Assembly (NCBI GenBank): GCA_963840855.1
Contig: CAWJBB010000027.1
Span: forward strand, 32,001-96,000
Reading direction: 5' to 3'
Length of the DNA: 64,000 nucleotides
Source of the DNA: an uncultured delta proteobacterium
GTDB lineage: Bacteria > Desulfobacterota > Binatia > UBA9968
The notes under the pieces were generated by a model. It was not told the origin of the DNA. It searched no databases and worked only from the letters and a program-made list of their open reading frames with translations. Both the position numbers and the translations under genes were made by a program. Each line of letters starts with the position of its first letter. Positions within the stretch are counted from its first letter, which is position 1. Shown piece after piece: positions 10,515 through 20,519 of this stretch.

Positions 10515-11594
10515 ATGGCACTGTCACAAACCACCACCGTGGAAGCCTGTAGTATGGCGCACAGCGGACGCTCCTGGAACCGCTTGGCATCCGTCGTCTT
10601 CCTGCTCTTGTTGGCGCCGGTGCCGGCCCGAGCCCAGGATTTTTATAAAGAGAAATTTATCCGCTTTATCGTCGGCCAGGCCGCTGGCGGCGGTTACGAT
10701 ACCTACACGCGCACCATTGCGCGCCACATGATCAAACACGTTCCCGGCAATCCGGCTGTCACTGTCGAAAACATGACCGGCGCCGGCAGCCTGGTGGCGG
10801 CCAACTATCTCTACAACAACACCAAGCCGGACGGCTTGACCATCGGCAACTGGAATAGCGCGCTGGTATTGAATCAGGCGCTGGGAGACCCGAACGTCAA
10901 ATTCAACGCGCGCAATTTTGGCTGGATCGGCGCCCCCGCTAAGAGCGTCCCGGTGTGTCTCATGATGGGCTTCACCGGCCTAAAGAGCTTCGACGAGATT
11001 CTAAAATCCGGCAAGACGATCAAGATGGGCGGAACGGGTCCGGGCTCCCATAGTCTCGACATGCCGCTGATGCTGAATAGGATGACCGGCGCGAAGTTCA
11101 ATGTAGTTTCCGGCTACCAGGGCACGGCACAGATAAGACTCGCCTTGCAACGGCGCGAAGTAGAGGGCTTGTGCACCAACTGGGATTCGGTCCTTGCGAC
11201 CCAGAGGGATTTACTAGACGCCAAAGGCGATGAAGCCATGACTCCTTTTATTATCCACGCGCGGGTGCCCGAGCCAGAGGCGAACAGCGCGGTGCTAGTC
11301 AGCGAAGTCATCAAAGATGCAAGCAACCTGCACACATACAAAGTTTACATGGCACAAATGGAATATTCGCGGCCGCTCACGACATCTCCGGGGATACCTA
11401 GAACACGCCTGGAAATTTTGCGCCGCGCCTTTAAAGCGACTCTTGCAGACCCCGAATTCCTGGCTCAGGCCAACAAGCTGAAACTCGATATCAGCCATGT
11501 CTCGGGAGAGGAAAGCGAAAAGCTCGTCAACGAAGTCCTGTCGATTCCGCCCAAGGTGAAGGACAATCTCAGCTACCTGTCATCGACGAAGTAA
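10515..11594 (+). CDS. Tripartite tricarboxylate transporter substrate-binding protein (TctC/Bug family)
   Basis: GQAAGGGYDTYTR, VENMTGAGS, PDGLTIG, GYQGTAQIRLALQRREV; start may be 10554. Confidence 0.85.
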   Translation: MALSQTTTVEACSMAHSGRSWNRLASVVFLLLLAPVPARAQDFYKEKFIRFIVGQAAGGGYDTYTRTIARHMIKHVPGNPAVTVENMTGAGSLVAANYLYNNTKPDGLTIGNWNSALVLNQALGDPNVKFNARNFGWIGAPAKSVPVCLMMGFTGLKSFDEILKSGKTIKMGGTGPGSHSLDMPLMLNRMTGAKFNVVSGYQGTAQIRLALQRREVEGLCTNWDSVLATQRDLLDAKGDEAMTPFIIHARVPEPEANSAVLVSEVIKDASNLHTYKVYMAQMEYSRPLTTSPGIPRTRLEILRRAFKATLADPEFLAQANKLKLDISHVSGEESEKLVNEVLSIPPKVKDNLSYLSSTK

Positions 11595-11634
11595 GCTTCG
11601 CGCCAAATGAGGATTGGCCTTAAGGAGATTTTCT

Positions 11635-12798
11635 ATGGCGAAAAATGGCTTCAGAGCGATGGATTCAGACATGCATGTCTTCGAGCCCGCCGATCTCTGG
11701 CAGCGCTACATCGACCCCAAGTATCTTGACCGCGCGCCCAAAGGGCTCAACCGCAGTTTCAGGGATCTGGGCATCGAAGTCGATGGAAAGATCTTGCCGA
11801 TACCGCGCCAGCCGGAGAACCCCGCGTTGGCAAAATATCGCCACGAATTCTTCACGGCAAAATACGGCGACGCGGGCAAGCGTAATTTCGACGGCGTTTC
11901 ACAGCTGCAAGCGATGGATAACGAAGGTCTGGATGTCGCCGTGCTGTTTCCAACCCGTGCATTAACCGCATTGGGCATTGACGGCCTCGACCCCGACTTC
12001 GCCACCGCCATCGCCCGCGCTTATAACGATTGGCTCCACGATTTCGCCCAGGCCGACAACAAACGCATGTTCGGCGTCGCTATGATCGCGCCCCATGACA
12101 TCAGCGGTTCCATCGAAGAGATGCGCCGGACGGTTAAAGAGTATGGCTTCAGGGGAATTTTTCTGCGGCCCAACCATGTAAATAACAAGAAGTGGAGCGA
12201 CGCCTACTACGACCCGCTGTGGGCGGAGTGCGAGAAATTGAACTTACCCGTTGGCTTTCACGAGGCGGGCCGGGTCTACCTGCCGCAACCCGCCTTCTTT
12301 CACATCTGTTCGACCTTTTCGATGTTCAACACCTTCGGTTTTCCTTTCGCCAACATGCTCGCCTGCGGCGACATGATCTTCGGCGGAGTCATGGAGCGGT
12401 TCCCAAAATTGAAAGTGGCGTTTCTCGAAGGCAACTGTTCATGGGTTCCCTGGCTCCTCTGGCGCATGGGCGAATACGCCGAGACGACGGGCCGAGCGGA
12501 ATATCCCGACTTAACCATGACGCCCCTCGAATACTTTCAACGGCAGTGCTACGGCGCCGTGGAATGCGATGAGATCACGGCGAAGCATATTCCCGAATAC
12601 GGGCTCGAAGACAACATGGTCTTCTCCACCGACTACCCACATCTCGACGTAAAGTATCCGCACGCCATCGATTCGTTTTTAAAAATGCCCTTCTCCGACC
12701 AAACGAAACGCAAATGGCTGTGGGACAACTGCGCCAAGATGTACAATTTTGCAGACGAAGACATTCATATCTCGATTTCGACGATGACCGGGGCGTGA
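11635..12798 (+). CDS. Amidohydrolase_2 family metal-dependent hydrolase/decarboxylase
   Basis: DSDMHVFEP, RAYNDWL, PVGFHE, FLEGNCSW, FSTDYPHLD; ATG at 11635 after AAGGAG. Confidence 0.88.
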   Translation: MAKNGFRAMDSDMHVFEPADLWQRYIDPKYLDRAPKGLNRSFRDLGIEVDGKILPIPRQPENPALAKYRHEFFTAKYGDAGKRNFDGVSQLQAMDNEGLDVAVLFPTRALTALGIDGLDPDFATAIARAYNDWLHDFAQADNKRMFGVAMIAPHDISGSIEEMRRTVKEYGFRGIFLRPNHVNNKKWSDAYYDPLWAECEKLNLPVGFHEAGRVYLPQPAFFHICSTFSMFNTFGFPFANMLACGDMIFGGVMERFPKLKVAFLEGNCSWVPWLLWRMGEYAETTGRAEYPDLTMTPLEYFQRQCYGAVECDEITAKHIPEYGLEDNMVFSTDYPHLDVKYPHAIDSFLKMPFSDQTKRKWLWDNCAKMYNFADEDIHISISTMTGA

Positions 12799-12932
12799 TC
12801 GGAGGGGCGCTCCTTGGCGCGCATGTCGCGTGCTTGCATGGACGCAAGACTCTTGCAATGCTTGCGCCAATTTCGAGCGATAGCAGCCAAGCGGACTTTT
12901 AGCGAGTTTACGTTCCAGGTCGCGATTTTCAT
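12765..12932 (-). pseudogene. xth: Collapsed exodeoxyribonuclease III remnant (55-aa ORF joining N- and C-termini)
   Basis: Translates MKIATWNVNSLKVRL...RDMRAKERPSDHAPVIVEIEI*; both ends are ExoIII signature segments; purine-rich leader GAGGGGAAGAAGG. Confidence 0.8.
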
Positions 12933-12954
12933 CCTTCTTCCCCTCGGTATAGAG

Positions 12955-14103
12955 CTACTTCTTGCCAGCCTGCGAGAGTGCGTCTTCCACTGCTTTGAGC
13001 ACCGGCTTCATCGCCAGCCACTGGTCGGTGTCGAGGTAATTGACGCCGTCGACGCGCCGGCTGCGCGGGTCGACGTCATCTTTTGGGATATCGATGCGCA
13101 ACGAATCCGGCGAGCCTTCGTCGGCTTTGCCCAGGGCTTTTTGAAAACTGATCTGGCCGTTGCGGGACAAAAACCAATTGATGAAAACCGTGGCGGCGTT
13201 GGGATGGGGCGCCTGGCTCACCAGTGTCAGAATCGCCTGCCCGGCGCTCAAACCGGCGCCCTCTTTCATGCGGCCGAACATATCCACTGGCAGGCCCTGC
13301 GTGTTAGCCTTCTCCACTCCTTCGCACCAAAAGCAGATGGAAAATTTTCCTGCGGCGAGCCAGTCGAGACCCTGGCGGCGGTCCCTGAACAAAGTGAGAT
13401 CCATCTCACCGAATAGTTTTCTGACGAATTCCGGTCCCATGTCCGGGCTGTAATAGAACAGCCGGACAGCGCTGCCGCCGGTGCCTGGCGCCCGTATGTC
13501 TCGCGCCAACATCTTACCTTTCCACTTCGGATCGACAAAATCCCAAAACGAAGTGAACTCCTTTGGCTGGACAAGCTGTGTGTTGTAGGAGATCTGGCCG
13601 AGCTGAGCCGATGCCACGTAGCGAAATAGATAGCGTTTCTCCGGATCGCTATAGTGATGTTTGCCTTGCCACCATCTCGATTCGTCGAGGACTTCGGGCA
13701 ACAACAAAACGGGTTTGATCGGGTCGAGATACTTGGCCTGCATAAAATCGTAGCTGCGCAGCACGCCCACCATGAAAACATCAGCGAGGTTTTTGCCGGC
13801 GCGGCGTTCGGCGCTGAAGCGGCGTTCCAGGTCGTTTTCCACGCCGCTGACTAGACTGAGCTTGATGCCGGGAAAGGCCTTTTCGAAAGCGCCGGACATC
13901 AAGACCGGCGCATAGGTGCTATGCACGTATACCGTAACTTGTCCTTCGGACTTGGCCGCCTGAACGGTTTTTTCCCACTCTTGCTGCCAAGGCTGCCTCG
14001 CTTCACCCGCTCGCGGCGTGGCGCTCCAAGATAACACCAGCCACAGAGCAGCCAGGGCGCGCGTGGCGCTTCGGCAAATTAAAGCCGCTTGATTAGCTGA
14101 CAT
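12955..14103 (-). CDS. Extracellular solute-binding protein (Fe3+/thiamine-type ABC family)
   Basis: Signal peptide, WEKTVQAAKSEGQV, YNTQLV, DPKWKGK, APHPNAATVFINWFLS. Confidence 0.85.
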   Translation of the reverse strand: MSANQAALICRSATRALAALWLVLSWSATPRAGEARQPWQQEWEKTVQAAKSEGQVTVYVHSTYAPVLMSGAFEKAFPGIKLSLVSGVENDLERRFSAERRAGKNLADVFMVGVLRSYDFMQAKYLDPIKPVLLLPEVLDESRWWQGKHHYSDPEKRYLFRYVASAQLGQISYNTQLVQPKEFTSFWDFVDPKWKGKMLARDIRAPGTGGSAVRLFYYSPDMGPEFVRKLFGEMDLTLFRDRRQGLDWLAAGKFSICFWCEGVEKANTQGLPVDMFGRMKEGAGLSAGQAILTLVSQAPHPNAATVFINWFLSRNGQISFQKALGKADEGSPDSLRIDIPKDDVDPRSRRVDGVNYLDTDQWLAMKPVLKAVEDALSQAGKK

Positions 14104-15280
14104 AAATCACCTTCGGCACATGGTCTCTCAATTCGTTTACTTTAACGAGCCTTTCAACCACGTCCACATGGACGAGACGATTTTTCGCCGGGTCGCGAAT
14201 CAGGTTCGGCGGATCTTCGCCGCGCAGGGATGTTTCGATGACGTTTTTCCAAAGCTTGCGCACCTGGATCACGCCGCGGTCGGAATGCCCAAGGTGTTCG
14301 CGCGTGCGGTCGACAATCGCCCCCTGGCCCACCTGCGCCGCGTTATCTTGTCCATTGATCGTCGCCATGTCCCACTGGCGGCGTGTGCCGCGCATCAGCG
14401 GCGGCGGTTTCGGCCGCGGCTGCTTCTCCTCATTTTCGTTTTTGTCCGCGCCCCCAGGAAAAAATTTGAGCGTGAAGGTCCGCGTCGTCAAGTCGTCGAT
14501 GGGCATGCGCCACGCCACATCGACCATCTCCGTCAGTGGGTCGCCGGGTAAAGTGCCGCCGTGATGTACCACCATGATCGGCGGCACGTAGGCCACCTCG
14601 CGGTGCCACTCCGTGCCCGGTTCAGGCCCTTTGCGCCGGGCGACGTAGTAGGCCATGGTATCCGTCGCGGCCACAGCGAAATCCGGCGTCTCCATCCATT
14701 CGGGCGCCGCGGGGAAACCATGTACCGGCCTGCCGTGCAGTATCGTCGCATGCACCGGGTCGAGGGCGTTTTCCACCTGCTGCATGTAATTGCATTCGCG
14801 CACGTAGCCGGAAAAGTTTCTTGCGCCGTCATGGCGCGTGAGAAAGTGATAGTTCGGCAGTTCCGGCGGCTGCCCCTTGCCCATATAAGCCCAGATAAGC
14901 CCGCCCAACTCGCGTGCCGGATAGGCTTTCAGCCTGATCTTGTCTTTGAAATTGCTTTCGGGCGGCTCGCCCGGTTGCTCTAGGCAGCGGCCGTGCACAT
15001 CGAAAACCCAGCCATGATAACAGCACCGGATTCCGCCGGCCTCGATCCAACCGTAGTCCAGGGAAGCGCCGCGGTGCGGGCAAGTGGGCTCCGTTAACCC
15101 GACGCGGCCAAACTCGTCGCGGAACAGCAACAAGTCTTCACAAAGCCAGCGCACTAGCTTCGGCTCCTCCGAGCTAATTTCACTCGAAAAGCCGACGGGT
15201 AACCAGTAACTGCGCAAGGTTTCACCGGCTGGAGTGCCGGGTCCGACGCGGGTCAACATTTCGTTTTCATCTCGATCCAT
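14093..15280 (-). CDS. Rieske non-heme iron oxygenase, phthalate 4,5-dioxygenase/vanillate-type alpha subunit
   Basis: ENEMLTRVGPGTPAG N-terminus, CPHRGASL...CCYHGW Rieske motif, ENALDPVHATILH iron motif. Confidence 0.88.
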   Translation of the reverse strand: MDRDENEMLTRVGPGTPAGETLRSYWLPVGFSSEISSEEPKLVRWLCEDLLLFRDEFGRVGLTEPTCPHRGASLDYGWIEAGGIRCCYHGWVFDVHGRCLEQPGEPPESNFKDKIRLKAYPARELGGLIWAYMGKGQPPELPNYHFLTRHDGARNFSGYVRECNYMQQVENALDPVHATILHGRPVHGFPAAPEWMETPDFAVAATDTMAYYVARRKGPEPGTEWHREVAYVPPIMVVHHGGTLPGDPLTEMVDVAWRMPIDDLTTRTFTLKFFPGGADKNENEEKQPRPKPPPLMRGTRRQWDMATINGQDNAAQVGQGAIVDRTREHLGHSDRGVIQVRKLWKNVIETSLRGEDPPNLIRDPAKNRLVHVDVVERLVKVNELRDHVPKVIYVS

Positions 15281-15381
15281 ATCGATTCTCCGTAAATTCC
15301 CGTCAACTGAACAGCGCGAATCATGAAGCGGTGTCAAAAAAGGCCGTTGACAACTTCGCCTTCATACATTGCTCTTAGCCG

Positions 15382-16619
15382 TCATCTCTCCAGTGTTTCT
15401 CGTCCCACCACCGCTAACAGCGTGGCCGAGAAGATCAACAGCGGCGCATAAACGAGAAAAGGCACGCCGGGATTGAACTGGTTGGCCAGATAGCCGCCGA
15501 TCAAAGGTGCAAAGCTGCTGCCGAGCTCCGCGATCGTTCTGCGCAGCGCCTGCAACCGGCCGCGCGCATGAGGAGGCACGACATCATAGGTCGAAGTGGC
15601 CAACGAGCCCAGGGACAATCCCTGGGCAAATCCCGCGATACCGACGAGCACACGCGAGCTGCGCTGAAACTGTCCGTCAGTGGAATCAGCAAGAACACCA
15701 GCGCTGGCGCTGCCGTGCTTGGCACCGTGCACCATTTTCTCCCGACGTGGTCCATTAGGAACCCTGCGGGAATGATCATGGCGAACACGACCACGCCTGA
15801 AATGGTAAACAACATACCGACCTGGCTCGGCGAGAGGTGCAGATACGCTCCGGCGTAGAGCGGCAGCATGCTCTGAACGATGATTCGTTGCGACTGTGAT
15901 ACCAGGGTTGCCAGCACCAGGGCGACAAAGGTGGGCCGCAAATCGGGCCGAATTTTTCTGAACAACGCCAATAACCCATGCAGTCTTTGGCCCAGCGCAG
16001 CCGTGCCCCAGCCGCGAACCGATTCCGGAGTCTCATTGGCGGCGACCGGCACCGCCGTGTTAGGGCCGGCCGCACCCCATAACGCCGCCAAAGCGCACGC
16101 CATGGCGTAGCCGACAAACGCCGCTTTGAAACTGAAGAGTTCGGTCAGCCAGCCACCGACGAAGGGCGCTATCGCCGCGCCGATATTGTGGGTTCCGTGC
16201 ATACTGCTGATCAAACGCCCGCGCTGGTTGCGCCGCGCCAGATCGATGGCGGCGAGTTCCCGCGCCGTAGCCCCGAGGCTATCCGCTGCGCCGATGCATA
16301 ACGACAAAACCAACATGATCGAAAACCACGGCACCACCGCACACAGCAGCGCGGCGATACACCCTGCCAGCGGACCGCCCACCAGCGCCACGCGCGCTCC
16401 CATGCGGTCGAGCATGATGCCGGCCGCGATGGTGCCGAAGAATTTGCCGATGGCGGTGGCGGTGACAATCTGTGCCGCGCCGCCCGCCGACACCCCGAAC
16501 TCGCGCCCGAGCACGGGTATGGTGGGAATAATCATCGCCCACGTTCCGGACATCAACGTGCCGGCGTAAACCGCGACGAAACCGCGCGCGGTGGAGCTAG
16601 ACTGGAGCAAGCGAAACAT
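15382..16619 (-). CDS. MFS transporter, frameshifted near 15652-15665
   Basis: GIMLDRMGAR and GFLMDHVGRK MFS motifs; removing two single-base insertions restores TDSFAQLAVLVGIAG into the 15382 ORF. Confidence 0.8.
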
Positions 16620-16644
16620 TGAGACCGTGAATCGGCACGGTTTC

Positions 16645-17619
16645 CTAATTTGTCGTCGCCGAGTATTTTGCGCCCAGACTTTGCAGAAATTTATCGGCGC
16701 TATCCGGCGTGCTTTCCCGCGGCAATTTTTTCAGCTCGGCGATCAATGCTGTCAGCGCCACGGGCTTTTCCGCCAGCGTCACGATGGCGTCAAAATACTT
16801 GAAGTACGCGAGATCATGGCTCAGCTTGGCCTCCAGCACCGTGGGTGGGTGTTGTCCCGCGATCTGGCGCTGAAACATGCTCTGATAGGCGGGGTATCCG
16901 GATAGCAGCCCGAGGATTTTGTGCTTGGCCTCGTCTACGGGAGCACTCGCGAAAATTTTTTCCGCTTCCCGCACCAACTCGTGCAACTCTCGCGAAATCT
17001 GTCTGCCTTCATTCACTGCCGCCTGTGCCCGTTGCAGATTCTCAACGTCGTCCTTGCGCTTGAAATACTCCATCGCCGCCAACGAACCGAGGGGCGTCAC
17101 CACCGCCTCCTCTATCTCCCACGGCAGATCGAAATTCGCGTCGCCGTGCAGATCTTCGTGGAGGATGACGTTTACCCGCCGCACGATCCCTTGCGCCGCA
17201 AAGCTTGGCGTCGCCGCTGAACGCGGGTCGGCGTATTCGTTTCCCTGCCGGTAGTAGACGCTGTAACCGTCCACGCGGTAAACCTGCTCCAATGGCAGTT
17301 GTTCCTTGGCGGCGTCAAAGCCCACGGCCATGCGAATATCCATCGGGACGCTGACCGCCAACGTCCCGGCTTTCTGAAGCCAAAACCATAGCATGGAAAG
17401 CGCTCTGTCCCCGGCTGAAGTCCGGCTCAAGGCGTCAGTCGGCTCGATCCCAAGCGTCTTGCCAAAAGCTTTGACTTCCTCGATGAGACTGGCGGTTTCG
17501 CGCAGCCTTTGCTCGCTTTGGGAACCGGGCGGCTCCATCAGCGCGCAGGCATTGAGGCTCTGGAGCACAAACACCATAGCGGCAAACCATGCATGTCGAC
17601 CACGGTACTTACAATCCAT
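16645..17619 (-). CDS. Putative lipoprotein with HExxH zinc-peptidase motif
   Basis: Hydrophobic N-terminus ending LNAC; ILHEDLH...EIEEA. Confidence 0.6.
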   Translation of the reverse strand: MDCKYRGRHAWFAAMVFVLQSLNACALMEPPGSQSEQRLRETASLIEEVKAFGKTLGIEPTDALSRTSAGDRALSMLWFWLQKAGTLAVSVPMDIRMAVGFDAAKEQLPLEQVYRVDGYSVYYRQGNEYADPRSAATPSFAAQGIVRRVNVILHEDLHGDANFDLPWEIEEAVVTPLGSLAAMEYFKRKDDVENLQRAQAAVNEGRQISRELHELVREAEKIFASAPVDEAKHKILGLLSGYPAYQSMFQRQIAGQHPPTVLEAKLSHDLAYFKYFDAIVTLAEKPVALTALIAELKKLPRESTPDSADKFLQSLGAKYSATTN

Positions 17620-17634
17620 GGGTGAGAGATTATC

Positions 17635-17777
17635 GTTCAAGGTTCAAAGTTCAAGGTTCAAAGTTGAATACGGAACTTGAACCCGAAGTTCGGAGTCTTG
17701 AACGGGGAGGGGGATCCGAAACCTTGAACTTTGAACATTGAACCTTGAACCGGCGTTCAGCACCTTGAACTTTGAAC
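17635..17777. repeat. Heptamer inverted-repeat hairpin, GTTCAAG / CTTGAAC family (compound)
   Basis: gttcaag gttcaaa gttcaag gttcaaa ... ccttgaac tttgaac attgaac cttgaac ... cttgaac tttgaac. Confidence 0.92.
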
Positions 17778-17798
17778 CGAGCGTCTTCGCTCGTCGCG

Positions 17799-18680
17799 CT
17801 ATAGCGCGAACAACGAAGCCACCGGCGCCTTACGCGGAATCCAGCCCACCTCGACCATCATATCCATCTCTGCGTCGGCGAGCTTCTGTTCCTGTTCTGT
17901 CATGGTGAACTCGATGCGCGGATAGCGAGCCGAAGCCAGGAGCGCCTCCTTGTCGCCAGCGTAGCGCTTGACGAACTCGTCGGCGATCTCCGTCAGATGC
18001 TCCTCGCTCCAGGCAAACGAAGCGCGGAACGCTTGCAGCAGCTTGTCTTTGATGCCCGGATGGTCGCGCAGGAAATCTTCCCGCGCGCCGATCATATGCT
18101 TGATCATTTGGGGAAAGCCACTTAGCGCTTGCCAAATCTCGCCGTCGGTGTAAAGACAGCGCAGGTCGTTATCTCGTTCGCCGCGAAAAAAAAATTGATC
18201 GAGCAGCACCACGCTGTCGACCCTTCCGGTTTTCAACACATCCAGCAGCTGTTCCTGGCGGTGCGATTGCCAGTTCAACTTTGTATCGTCGACGCCAAAC
18301 TGATGGCGCAACAGATAACGGTGGATCGCGTGGGCACCCTGGTGCGAGCCAATGACCCGGCCCGCCAGATCTTGCGGTTTTTGCACCGCGGAGTCTTTGC
18401 GCACGAACATGCCGTTGCCCTTCATGGTCGATTTCCATTCGGTGCAAAGACCGACGATGGGCGCGCCTTCGAGCTTGCGCTGCAAAAAATTCGGGAAGTA
18501 GAGGTTTGCCACTTGCACATCGCCGCGGATCAACGCTTCCTCTTGCTCGCGGCTCGGCGGGTCCGGCAGCTCGATGACATTCATATTGAAACCATCGGGC
18601 TTCACCTTCTCCGTGGCCAACGCATAATAAGTGCGAAACATGCAAAAACGATTTCGATAGTGCGCGAATGTGAGATCCAT
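17799..18680 (-). CDS. NMT1/SsuA-like periplasmic-binding-fold protein without signal peptide
   Basis: GMFVRKDSAVQKPQDLAGRVIG, LKTGRVDSVV; SD AGGAG upstream. Confidence 0.7.
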   Translation of the reverse strand: MDLTFAHYRNRFCMFRTYYALATEKVKPDGFNMNVIELPDPPSREQEEALIRGDVQVANLYFPNFLQRKLEGAPIVGLCTEWKSTMKGNGMFVRKDSAVQKPQDLAGRVIGSHQGAHAIHRYLLRHQFGVDDTKLNWQSHRQEQLLDVLKTGRVDSVVLLDQFFFRGERDNDLRCLYTDGEIWQALSGFPQMIKHMIGAREDFLRDHPGIKDKLLQAFRASFAWSEEHLTEIADEFVKRYAGDKEALLASARYPRIEFTMTEQEQKLADAEMDMMVEVGWIPRKAPVASLFAL

Positions 18681-18705
18681 AGTGACTCCTAATCTGTCAG
18701 GCTTG

Positions 18706-18814
18706 GTTCAATGTTCAAGGTTCAACGTTCAAAGTTCAATGTTCGAACGTTTTCGCCCGTAGCCGTTCAAGGTTCCGAACTTGAACCTTGAACCTTGAAC
18801 ATTGAACCTTGAAC
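18706..18814. repeat. Heptamer inverted-repeat hairpin, GTTCAAG / CTTGAAC family
   Basis: gttcaat gttcaag gttcaac gttcaaa gttcaat gttcgaa ... cttgaac cttgaac cttgaac attgaac cttgaac. Confidence 0.93.
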
Positions 18815-18816
18815 TT

Positions 18817-20055
18817 TTATCCTTTCGCCACTTCGTCTCGCTTTCGGTTGCAGATATCCAGCGCTGCCAACGCATAAACCTTGGTGCAATTAACCATGTT
18901 TTGTATGCCTACGCCGCGGCGCACGCCGGAGGGCGAGTCCCATTCCTCGCCGGCCTTGGTTTCCGTCGGATCGACCAGATGGGTGCCGAAACCAGGGCCA
19001 TAGGTAATCGCCGGCACGCCGTAGGCGGCGATGCGCGAACCGTCGCTGGTAATGCCGTACCGGATCGGCTTTGGATACGGCACAGGCTTGCCGAAAACCG
19101 TTTTGTGCGCCTGTGCCATCGCCTTGACGACATATTCGCTCTTGGAAATCTCGTAACCGTCTGTGGAGAGATAGAGATCGACGCGAATATCAAGAATATC
19201 GCTCTCCCGCTTTTTAACCTTCTCACAGACCGCTTCGAGGTCGCGTTTGATCGCCAGCGGCACGGCGCCGGGAAGAGTCTTCACGATGACGAAAATATCC
19301 GTCGTCGGCCGGGTGCCCGGTTTGAACGCATTGCCGCCGTCGATGGCGCCGAGCTGCACCGTGGGCAGCATGAACTTGTGTGGGTTTTTGCGTTGATATT
19401 CCTTTTCCCAGTCTTGAATTGCCTGGGCGACTTTGCAGGCGGCGAGAACGAATTTGGTCGCCCTGCCGTCGACGCTCACCCGCGCCCAGACCAAACCGGC
19501 GTTGCCGATCTGCAGGTGCAATCCGGTGGGCTCGCCGATGATGCACATATCGGCCATCACGCCATGGTCCATCAGGTAGCGCGCGCCGACCCCGGCGCCG
19601 CGGTAAGTCTTGCCTTGAAATCTGCCGATCTGCGCCTTTTCAATCTCGCCCACCACGCCGGCAATAATTAGATCGCCCTTGAGCTTGACACCGGCCTTTT
19701 TAAGCGCCGCCACCGCTTCGATGTAGCAGGGAAAAGCGGCCTTCATATTGACCAGGCCGCGGCCGTAGATGCGGTCGTCTTCGACGACGGTTTCCTGCGG
19801 ATTGTCGAAGTGGTCCATATGAGCGTTGAACATCAACGTCGCGCCGCCGCCGCTTCCCTTCAACCGACCGATGACGTTGGGCCTGCCGTCTTCGACGTAT
19901 TGATACTCGACCTCCATGCCGAGATTTGCGAATTCACTACCGAGATATTTGGCGACCGCCTCTTCCTCTCCGGTGATGCTGACGATGTTGGCAAGGTTGC
20001 ACGCCACATCGACGATGCGATCGCGGTCCACCTGTTCGAGGACGTCCTCTGCCAT
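18817..20055 (-). CDS. M20/ArgE/DapE family metallopeptidase/deacylase
   Basis: GRPNVIG, LMFNAHMD, IYGRGLVNMKA, IIGEPT, ITYGPG. Confidence 0.85.
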   Translation of the reverse strand: MAEDVLEQVDRDRIVDVACNLANIVSITGEEEAVAKYLGSEFANLGMEVEYQYVEDGRPNVIGRLKGSGGGATLMFNAHMDHFDNPQETVVEDDRIYGRGLVNMKAAFPCYIEAVAALKKAGVKLKGDLIIAGVVGEIEKAQIGRFQGKTYRGAGVGARYLMDHGVMADMCIIGEPTGLHLQIGNAGLVWARVSVDGRATKFVLAACKVAQAIQDWEKEYQRKNPHKFMLPTVQLGAIDGGNAFKPGTRPTTDIFVIVKTLPGAVPLAIKRDLEAVCEKVKKRESDILDIRVDLYLSTDGYEISKSEYVVKAMAQAHKTVFGKPVPYPKPIRYGITSDGSRIAAYGVPAITYGPGFGTHLVDPTETKAGEEWDSPSGVRRGVGIQNMVNCTKVYALAALDICNRKRDEVAKG

Positions 20056-20348
20056 TCAATTCTCCTCTCCGAAATTTATCAGCATCAAAACGCAAAGTTT
20101 TCATCTAGCATAATTACGCCGACACTACCACGACAGGACTTGAGCTAGGAGGTTTCGACGCCGCGACGCGCGGCTCGAACATATGGCTGACAACGAAACA
20201 TTGAAAACCGATCCGTTTGCGGGCAGGATGCCAGAGAAAATTGGCGATTTTCATCTGCCGAGCGGAGAAAAGATATGGAGCGATTTCGTAGATTAGTCGC
20301 TAATAGCAATCTGCGGCCAAAGCTCGCACAGGCATACTTGAAACCTCC

Positions 20349-20519
20349 ATGGCGAGTTATCGCATAGGCACCGACATTGGCGGGACGTTCACGGATCTTT
20401 GCGTGCTCAAAGAAGAGCGAGGCGAATTTTTTAACCTCAAAGTTGCCACCACGACGAACATGAAGAACAAACTGGAGACAATTAACCGCCGAAGGTCGTC
20501 AACGAGAACCTCAAGTTGA
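20349..20519 (+). pseudogene. Hydantoinase A/oxoprolinase N-terminal fragment
   Basis: MASYRIGTDIGGTFTDLCVL...NLKVATT, then loses similarity and stops after 56 aa. Confidence 0.75.

Noticed and set aside
12814-13416. 200-aa plus-strand ORF after the amidohydrolase
   Set aside because: Antisense to the binding-protein gene and the xth remnant; no motifs.
17635-18814. GTTCAA-rich repeats as a CRISPR array
   Set aside because: Units are 7-9 nt, tandem and inverted, with no constant 23-47 nt repeat separated by unique spacers and no cas genes.
18802-19671. 289-aa plus-strand ORF starting in a repeat arm
   Set aside because: The start is a TTG from the TTGAAC repeat and the body is antisense to the M20 gene.
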